NCBI GenBank assembly: GCA_918797485.1
Contig: CAKKNE010000001.1
Location: forward strand, 310,001 to 374,000
Length of the DNA: 64,000 nt
Direction of reading: 5' to 3'
Source of the DNA: Pelagomonas calceolata
Taxonomy: Eukaryota
Positions 57,104-64,000 of this stretch are shown here, in pieces. Numbering within the stretch: the first letter of the stretch is position 1; each line of letters starts with the position of its first letter. The notes beneath the pieces are model-generated. The model was not told where the DNA came from and ran no database searches. It saw nothing but the letters and a program-made list of their open reading frames with translations. The position numbers and the translations under genes were made by a program.

Positions 57104-58201
57104 CTAGATGAAGCAGTAAAGCAGGTACTCGAGGTAGAAGTTGTCCCAGATGGACTTGTAGTAGCCCTTGACCGCGTCCGGATCTTCTGCACCTACCTGT
57201 CGATAGCGGCGGTAGTTCCGCAGCAAGAAGCCCGCCAGCAGCGCGTGGCCGCCGACCATCGGTAACCGCTTGAAAGGACCGAAGAGCCCTTGGGCAATTG
57301 CTGTTCCGTAGTTCACCAACAACGCGAACGTCGCCCCCGCGGCCACCCGCCCGACCCCGAATTTTGTGGCCAATGTCGGCACACCCGTCGCCAAATCCCC
57401 GGCAATATCCGGCAAGTCCTTCGTCACGGCGATCACGCCCGCAAACGCCGTCATAAATCGCGCCATAAACGCCACGCCAGGACTCCACTTAAAAGGCACT
57501 TTGAGCGCCTCCAGCACGGCGTAGTAGACCCCGAAGTTCAACAGAAAGCCCCGACAGCACGCAATAGCTAAACCGGCGAAAATGGGACCTCGGCTCTTGA
57601 GTCTAAAAGGCGGAACGGAGTAGGCCGTTCCGATGAACGTTCCGAATAAGTATAAAGATACGATGAGCGGCGGATACAAAGCGAAGACTACGGATGGCCC
57701 TATTAAAGCACAAGCCGTCAGTATAAGTTTTGCTCTTTTGGGTGACAATTCACCGGCCGCAATAGGTAAAAAGGGCTTGTTTATTTGATCGACGTCGACA
57801 TCATATAATTGGTTAATACCGACAATGAAGGCGTTGCCACACAACAACGCGATCAAACCGGCTAAGGCCCTCGGGACGAGGCCCCAGGACCAGCACTTTT
57901 GTAAACCGCCCGCGTCCCCGATGGCTTTCACGACGCCCGCAAACGCGGCGAGCATCGTCCCTCGGATCGTGTGTGGTCGCGTGAACTTGTAGAAGGCGCC
58001 CAGGAAGGTGTCGCCACTGATTGAATTTTCGTCGAGGGCTCGGGGCTTGGCGGCGGCTGGCGGCTCCGGCGCCGAGATGCTCGCGAGGTAGTCGTTCGTC
58101 GCGCGCAGCGGTGACTGGCGTATTCGTCGCATAGGTGTGCGCAGCGGCACACGTAGCGCGAGCGCGGACGTGACAACAAGTGCGATGTGCACACGTGCCA
58201 T
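57104..58201 (-). CDS. HST: Homogentisate solanesyltransferase (UbiA family)
   Basis: KFTRPHTIRGT, NQLYDVDVDQINKPFLPIAAGELS, KDLPDIAGD, IWDNFYLEY; targeting peptide. Confidence 0.88.
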   Translation of the reverse strand: MARVHIALVVTSALALRVPLRTPMRRIRQSPLRATNDYLASISAPEPPAAAKPRALDENSISGDTFLGAFYKFTRPHTIRGTMLAAFAGVVKAIGDAGGLQKCWSWGLVPRALAGLIALLCGNAFIVGINQLYDVDVDQINKPFLPIAAGELSPKRAKLILTACALIGPSVVFALYPPLIVSLYLFGTFIGTAYSVPPFRLKSRGPIFAGLAIACCRGFLLNFGVYYAVLEALKVPFKWSPGVAFMARFMTAFAGVIAVTKDLPDIAGDLATGVPTLATKFGVGRVAAGATFALLVNYGTAIAQGLFGPFKRLPMVGGHALLAGFLLRNYRRYRQVGAEDPDAVKGYYKSIWDNFYLEYLLYCFI

Positions 58202-58602
58202 GATCAGCGGCGTTGATGCACGCTGTTGCTTGCGCGCCGAGCCACGTGAGTTATTCCTGATGCACTGCAGTTATGCGATGCCTCGGTGTTGCAGCTGTGA
58301 GGTTTTATGGCTGTCCACCGCATGCAATGAGCACAAAGTCAGAGGCTTTTTGTTGCTGGGTCGGACGTCCTCTCCCGCCCGTTGCGATCTCGTCTTCGTC
58401 CCGACGACCCCTGAGCGTCCGTGCAACGGATGCGTCCTGGCAATCCTAGTGCCTCTATCTAAAGCTCGGTATCGCCATCATTGCAGCTCTTTAGCGTCCT
58501 ATTGCAGACGTTTCAGCACCTTTGCAGCAGAAGTCATTTGCCCACGGTCCACACGGGACTGCCAGGCACCAGCCAAAAAAGCACCAGCGCACGCCTACCA
58601 CC

Positions 58603-59176
58603 ATGGCCGCCATGGCAGCAACCATGCCCCCTGGTACAAATGCAGCGCCCGCGAATCCTTCGAAATGCATGATTGTCGAACCGACGCTGCCCGCTTCCGC
58701 CGGGCGACACGTTCGGGCAAGGCAGCGCCCCGCTCGACGATAACCCGAGACGCGCGCGACCGACGTGCGTACGCAACGCAGGCGAGCCCGAGGACGAGGC
58801 CGCCGTGAAAGCCGAGGCCATGGCCATCGTCGCCCAGGCCAAGAAGGACATTAAGTTAAGGGAGGAGGCCCGCGGCGAGATGAAGAAGGCGTCGACGAAG
58901 GACGACATCCAGGCCCTCATCAACAAGCGACTCGCCCAGTCCTTCGCCGACCGGCCGAAGGCGCCGGAGAAGCCGAAGGAGGCGCCTCCCGCGAAGAAGG
59001 AGGCGCCGAAGGAGGCGCCCCCGGACCCCGAGGCGACGAAAAAAGAGGCGGCCGCGATCGTCGCCGCCGCGAACAAGGACTACAAGCAGCGGCTGGCGGA
59101 CCGCGAGAAGGCGAAGACGGCGACGGCCGAGGACTTGCAGGCCATGATCAACGCGAAGCTCAATATCTCCAAATGA
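58603..59176 (+). CDS. Small protein with an internal duplication (probable intron near 58705-58781)
   Basis: Two copies of EA.AIVA.A.KD.K.R...T..D.QA.IN..L. Confidence 0.55.
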
Positions 59177-59284
59177 AGCTTGTCTTTCCGTGTTGATCCG
59201 TGTAAATTTCCAAAGAAACCATTGCGATATGAATTATTACAGCCTTGGGGGGGATAGTGGGGCGGGGCGCTCCGCTAGCTACGT

Positions 59285-61333
59285 CTAGGGGCTCCAGTCC
59301 TTGCAGTACTCGTTCTTGAGCGGCTCCGGCGAGGGCCCGACCAACATGGCCGTCGTGCAGCCCACGACGACGAGCGTCATGACCCAGCCGCCGCAGGCCC
59401 GCAGGAATAATTCCTTGTTGACGCCCTGGCAGCCCTCAAATAAACCGACGGCGACGGTCGCGCCGATCTGGCAGTGCGTTGTGGAGAGGGGCCAGCCCTG
59501 GCCCGTGCCGTAGATCACCACTAAAGCAGCACCCAGTTCGATACAAGACCCTCTAGAAGGCGTAATGGCGATCAATTTCACGCCCATGGCGTTCATGATC
59601 TTGTAGCCGTAGGTAGCCAAACCGACCACAATACCCACGCCACCCAAAGCCAAAATCCAGAGCATGGTCCCCGGGTCCATCTCGGCCTGCTTCACGACTT
59701 TCCCCTTCTTGTACGCCACGTACGCGGCCGCGAAGGGGCCCATCGCGTTGGCCACGTCGTTCGCCCCGTGCGAGAAGGAATCCACAATAGCCGTGAAGAT
59801 CTGGACGTACCTGAAGAACTGCTCGGCCCGCGGGTCGTGGCGCGTGACGTTGTCGTGAATCGCGGCCACCTTCGCGTCCGTATCTAGGTCTTTATGGGTA
59901 TCTCTGTCGAGCTGGCCCGTGATGTACGACATGCCCGACTTCTTCTTCTCCTCCTTCTGCGCGGGCTCCGCGTCCCGCGTGTTCTCCTCGTCGGCGGCTT
60001 CCTTCCGGACGCCCGCGGCGGCCCGTTCCGCGAGCGCGCGGTTCGCGCCGACGACGTCGCCGCTGTCGATCCTCTTTGAGAGGGTCGGCACCATGGCGCC
60101 GGCGACGACGCCGGCGGCGATGGACGGATATAAACCAACTAAAAGAGCGGGCCACAAATTGCCGGCCTTGGCCTCCCTCGTGAGTCGGCAGGTTCTAAAT
60201 CTTTCACATTGCCCCTTCGTGCCCTTCAGGATCCAATACGACACATTAATCCACACGACGACCAACACAATAAGAGGGAAGAAGATCTTGCACCGGAAGT
60301 ACCTGCGCGGAGCATCGTGGGTCGACTCGGTCCGAACGGCCTCAAACTCGAAAAAGAAACCACCCACGACCTCGTCTGATGGACACGAGTCGCGTCGATG
60401 GCGTGAAGGCACCGCCGCACCGCGGGACGCCGAGATCGTACGCGCGTCGCCCCTCATAACCGCGAACTTCACAATTCCATACAGTATGGCCGCACAAATA
60501 CCAGAAGCGATCGGCGAGAGGAACCAACTCGCGACGATCTCGGCGACGCCGTCGAGCCAGGGGAAATTTTCAAACGCCATGTTCGTCGTGCCGTTGCCAT
60601 AGTCGTTTCTCGTGTAGTTCCAGATGACGCATCTCGAACCTCGCGTCATGAGGGCCATGCCGATGACGCCGCCGACGCAACTATGAGTTGTTGATACTGG
60701 TAATTCAAAATAGGAAGCTAGGATGAGCCAGATCGCGACAGAAATAATGACGCAGGTCATGCCGTAGATCATCAGGCCGGGATTGTCCTCGAAGCAGCCC
60801 GCGTCCGCAATACCTTTGCGGATCGTCTTGGCTACATTACTACCCATGAGGACAGCTCCGGCGAACTCGAAGACCGCCGCGAGCATGACCGCTTGGCGGA
60901 CGGTAATCGCTTTGGAGCCAACGGACGTGGCGTAGGCGTTCGCGACATCATTGGCACCAATGCCAAAGGCCGCGAAGAACGCACAAATACCGGCAGCAAC
61001 GATGTAAAAGGTCCAGTCGTCTTCGTTGAACTCCGAGCCTGCGTCGATCGCGGTTGTTTCGTGTGCGTGTCGCGTGTCGCGTGCGTGTGGATCGGGCGCG
61101 CCGCGGCGACGCTGCCCCCTCTCTTTTCACGCGGTCGCCGCGGCCCACCGACGACACGGGCGCGAGTCGTGGGCGGGAGGCGGGGGCGCGCGGTGACGTC
61201 TCCATGGGGATGGAGCAGCCCTTTGTGTTGCGGGACGCGGCGCCGCGCGCGTCGCCGCGATCTCGCTGAGCGTCATCATGATGAGCAGGATGCCAAGACC
61301 GCGCGCCATCGAGGCGCCTAGGCTGCGCGCCAT
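59285..61333 (-). CDS. PiT/PHO4-family (SLC20) phosphate transporter; introns at 60443-60303 and one ending at 61039
   Basis: GIGANDVANAYAT, PVSTTH, SHGANDVANA, PLSTTHC. Confidence 0.92.
60303..60443 (-). mobile_element. Degenerate introner-related intron, subfamily C (141 nt, GC-AG, in frame)
   Basis: Aligns with 11795-11885; removal gives MRGDAYFRCKIFFP. Confidence 0.75.
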
Positions 61334-61716
61334 GGTTGTTGCTTTTGAAAGTATGCACTGTCGCCCTCGCCGTCACAGCTCCGAGATGCGGGCCCGAATC
61401 TGCTCGGGGCGACGCCTCGTTTCTGTGTTTCCGGCGGGTGTGTTTGTGTCGGCGACGGCTCGTAGGTGCTGCGGCGGCTCCAATTGAGGGCTGCCCCTCC
61501 TGCTGCCCGCGTGGCTCCCTTCGCCACGCCCGCCGCGGTTTCTCGGGAGATTCGTGCTCGTGAGGCCACCGCGACGTGAGCTGTACCTCCGCCCACACGA
61601 CTTTTGAAACCCGTTTTAGACTTTGCCATTTCTCAGCTCACAGCCAGACCTGCGCGCGCTCAAACCGCGGGTACTGCTTTGCAAGGCGCACCGCGGGCTC
61701 TTCATACAACGCATCG

Positions 61717-63024
61717 ATGCGTTTCGCAACGCTCAGCACGCTCACGGTCGCCACGGCCCTCTCCATGCCTCCAGCAAGGCGGCGCCAATCACCAAGACTC
61801 CGCGCCGAACCCGTCGCGCGCGGCGGCAGCAGCACCAACGGCGGCGGCGTCGCCTTCGCCGCGTCGGCCATGTTACTGGTCAGCGCGCACCGCACGGTAT
61901 TTAGTGCCGCGATGCCGGAGCTCCAGGCGTCGCTCGGCTTCGACGCCCGGACCGTCGGCGCGCTTCAAGCTGCCTATTTAGCGGGTTATGGGTTGACGAA
62001 CGCCGCGGGCGGCGCTGCTGCGGATAGAGTGGGCGGCGCCAAAGTGCTCGCTCTTTGTTTAGTAGTGTGGTCCTCTTTAGTAGCGTTGACGCCCGCCGCC
62101 GCGTCGCTGGGCGTGGCGGCGTTGGCCCTGTGCCGGTTCGGCTTCGGCGTCGCCTCGGGCCCGGCGTTGCCCGCCTCTCTGGCCGTCGTGAGTTCCCAGC
62201 CGGACGCCGACTCACGAGCAAAGGGCATCGCGACCGTCCTGTGCGGCTTCAACGTGGGCTCGGCCGCCGGGTTACTCTCCGCCGCGGCTCTATTAACGTT
62301 GCTCGGCTGGCGGACGCTGTCGGTCGTGGCCGGTGGTTTAGGCGCTGTCGTGGCTCTATACGCGCTGACGCAGACCACAGAACAAACCACAACCATACAA
62401 ACGACAAAAAAACCAATAAAATTCACAAAAAGCTTCCCATTCCAACTTGCAGCTTTAACCCACGTCCACAACTGCATCAACTGGAGCTTCTTCGTGATGC
62501 AGGCGTGGCTGCCCACTTACTTTGCAACAGAGCTCGGGCTCGACATGAAATCATCAGCGTTGTTCTCGGCGCTACCTTTCGCGACGATGGCCCTCGGGTC
62601 GTTAGTGTCCGGCCAAGCATCGGCCGCTCTGTTACGGCGGATGGCTCCGTTCGAGGTGCGCAAGCGGATGGTCGCGCTGTCGTCGATCGTGCCCGCGTGC
62701 GCGTTACTCGCGCTGTCCTACGTCAAGAGCCCAGCGACGGCTCTTGTACTGTTAGTGACCGCTCTCGGGGCCCACTCCTTTTCCTCGGCTGGTTTGCACG
62801 CCCATGTGACCGACGTCGCTCCGACCGCTTCAGGGCGGATCCTTGGGTTTACCAATACCGTGGGCGTGTTGGTGGGCATTGTCGCGAACGTGGCCACGGG
62901 ACGGGTCCTGGACGCGACGGGCTCCTTCAAAGCGGTGTTTGCGCTCACGGCGGCGATTTATTTATCGGAAGTGATCGCGTTCTTCGGGTTCGTGCGGGCC
63001 GGGCCGCTCGTGGCGGAGGACTAG
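61717..63024 (+). CDS. MFS anion/phosphate transporter (PHT4/SLC17-like), probably plastid-targeted
   Basis: GGAAADRVGG, NWSFFVMQAWLPTYF, EVRK, DVAP..SGRILGFTNTVG. Confidence 0.85.
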   Translation: MRFATLSTLTVATALSMPPARRRQSPRLRAEPVARGGSSTNGGGVAFAASAMLLVSAHRTVFSAAMPELQASLGFDARTVGALQAAYLAGYGLTNAAGGAAADRVGGAKVLALCLVVWSSLVALTPAAASLGVAALALCRFGFGVASGPALPASLAVVSSQPDADSRAKGIATVLCGFNVGSAAGLLSAAALLTLLGWRTLSVVAGGLGAVVALYALTQTTEQTTTIQTTKKPIKFTKSFPFQLAALTHVHNCINWSFFVMQAWLPTYFATELGLDMKSSALFSALPFATMALGSLVSGQASAALLRRMAPFEVRKRMVALSSIVPACALLALSYVKSPATALVLLVTALGAHSFSSAGLHAHVTDVAPTASGRILGFTNTVGVLVGIVANVATGRVLDATGSFKAVFALTAAIYLSEVIAFFGFVRAGPLVAED

Positions 63025-63127
63025 TAAGTTTTCTATCTGTTACTACAAGCGCTCTGGCTGTTCCCCCATACGCCATCGACGCGCAGTGCCAGCAATGCCA
63101 GTGGCACACGTTACACACAGTCTCCTC

Positions 63128-63952
63128 TTACGGCCTAAGCGGCTCCGTCGAGTTGTAGTGCTCGCCGAGCGCGTAGTAGTCCCGGTGGTAGGTCACGACG
63201 AGCTCCTCACCTTCACCGTCCCCCATGCGCAGCGGCGCGCTATCCCGAGAATAGACGACGATCGGCCTATTCAGAGCCCGCGCGAGCGCCAGGACCTCGG
63301 GCTGGCCGCCCCACTCGGCGCTGCTCCTTACCTTAGCGCAGTGGTCTCCGAAGCTCGCATCCTCAATAAACGGCGCGAAGTCACTTTCGTGGGACTCCAT
63401 GAAAGAAGCGCAAGTCTCCCTTATTGATGTATAGGTCGACCCGCTCTGGTCCGCGACGGCGCGGTACAAGCAGTGGCCGTCGGCGGCCACGTCCTTTATT
63501 TTACGATTGATTTCCACGAGTTTTTTGGAAATGGCCTCGCATTCTTTTTTTCTCTCGGAATTCCGTCGGACCTCCTCGGCCTCGATGGCGTCCGCTTGGG
63601 CCTTGGCGCTGTCAGTCTTGGCCCTCGCTTCTCTCTTAGACTTCTTCTTCGCCGCTTTCGCAAGTTTCTTCGCCCTCTGCCTCTCCTCCTCCTCGCGCCG
63701 CTTCGCGGCCGCGTCTTCCACCACAACCGGTTCTTCCACTGTGGCCGCGTCGTCGCCGCCCTCAAGGTCCTCCAACTCCTCGTGGTGCCTATACCGCAAA
63801 TCGGACTCCTCCTGCTGCAGCGCGAACTCGATCTGCTTGAGTTTTTTTTTCGAGGCTCCTTGCCGCTGCGTTTCTGCTCGCTCTCTGAATTCTCTCCACT
63901 CCTCCTCGTGTTTTGCTTCGAGTTCTGCTAGTGCTTCGGCCTGGGCGGCCAT
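63128..63952 (-). CDS. OTU-domain deubiquitinase (OTUD6B-like); may start further upstream
   Basis: DGHCLYRAV, WGGQPE, YHRDYYALGEHYNS. Confidence 0.9.
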   Translation of the reverse strand: MAAQAEALAELEAKHEEEWREFRERAETQRQGASKKKLKQIEFALQQEESDLRYRHHEELEDLEGGDDAATVEEPVVVEDAAAKRREEEERQRAKKLAKAAKKKSKREARAKTDSAKAQADAIEAEEVRRNSERKKECEAISKKLVEINRKIKDVAADGHCLYRAVADQSGSTYTSIRETCASFMESHESDFAPFIEDASFGDHCAKVRSSAEWGGQPEVLALARALNRPIVVYSRDSAPLRMGDGEGEELVVTYHRDYYALGEHYNSTEPLRP

Positions 63953-64000
63953 TTGTTTTGTTTTGCGCACCGCGACGACGTCTCTGAGAGCGACGCTCTC

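Noticed and set aside
7333..60443. Dispersed repeats read as a CRISPR array or bacterial REP elements
   Set aside because: They are not regularly spaced, no cas genes are present, and they lie inside eukaryotic genes and behave as introns.
174..63931. Many long Arg/Ala/Pro-rich overlapping ORFs in the ORF track
   Set aside because: These are shadow frames, expected in high-GC DNA with few stop codons.

Overview
Gene-dense, GC-rich eukaryotic nuclear DNA from a photosynthetic stramenopile, most likely a pelagophyte (Pelagomonas/Aureococcus-like). This is inferred from a RedCAP gene, signal-peptide-type N-termini, MYND-RING-TPR genes and the introner structure. About 40 protein-coding genes are present; no rRNA, tRNA or CRISPR was recognised. 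Three signals stand out. (1) At least 8 clear and 3 degenerate copies of a short MITE-like introner. It has terminal inverted repeats (TIRs) CTGTGTGGAAATC...GATTTCCACACAG, an 8-bp target-site duplication (TSD) and a core motif ACGCCATCGACGCG. It forms exact GT-AG or GC-AG introns, with the donor taken from the TSD and the acceptor from the TIR, and works in either orientation. (2) Two tail-to-tail MYND-RING-TPR paralogues share a 248-bp inverted core that is identical by eye, while their TPR tails have diverged. This looks like a gene-conversion tract or an invertible domain-swapping cassette, and the second gene is bracketed by a direct repeat. (3) A CTAG-bounded motif (CTAGCG-N2-4-GTAAGRCACTAG) recurs in many upstream intergenic regions. 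Several genes carry single-base frameshifts in GC-rich stretches, probably assembly indels. All calls were made by eye, with no database searches.
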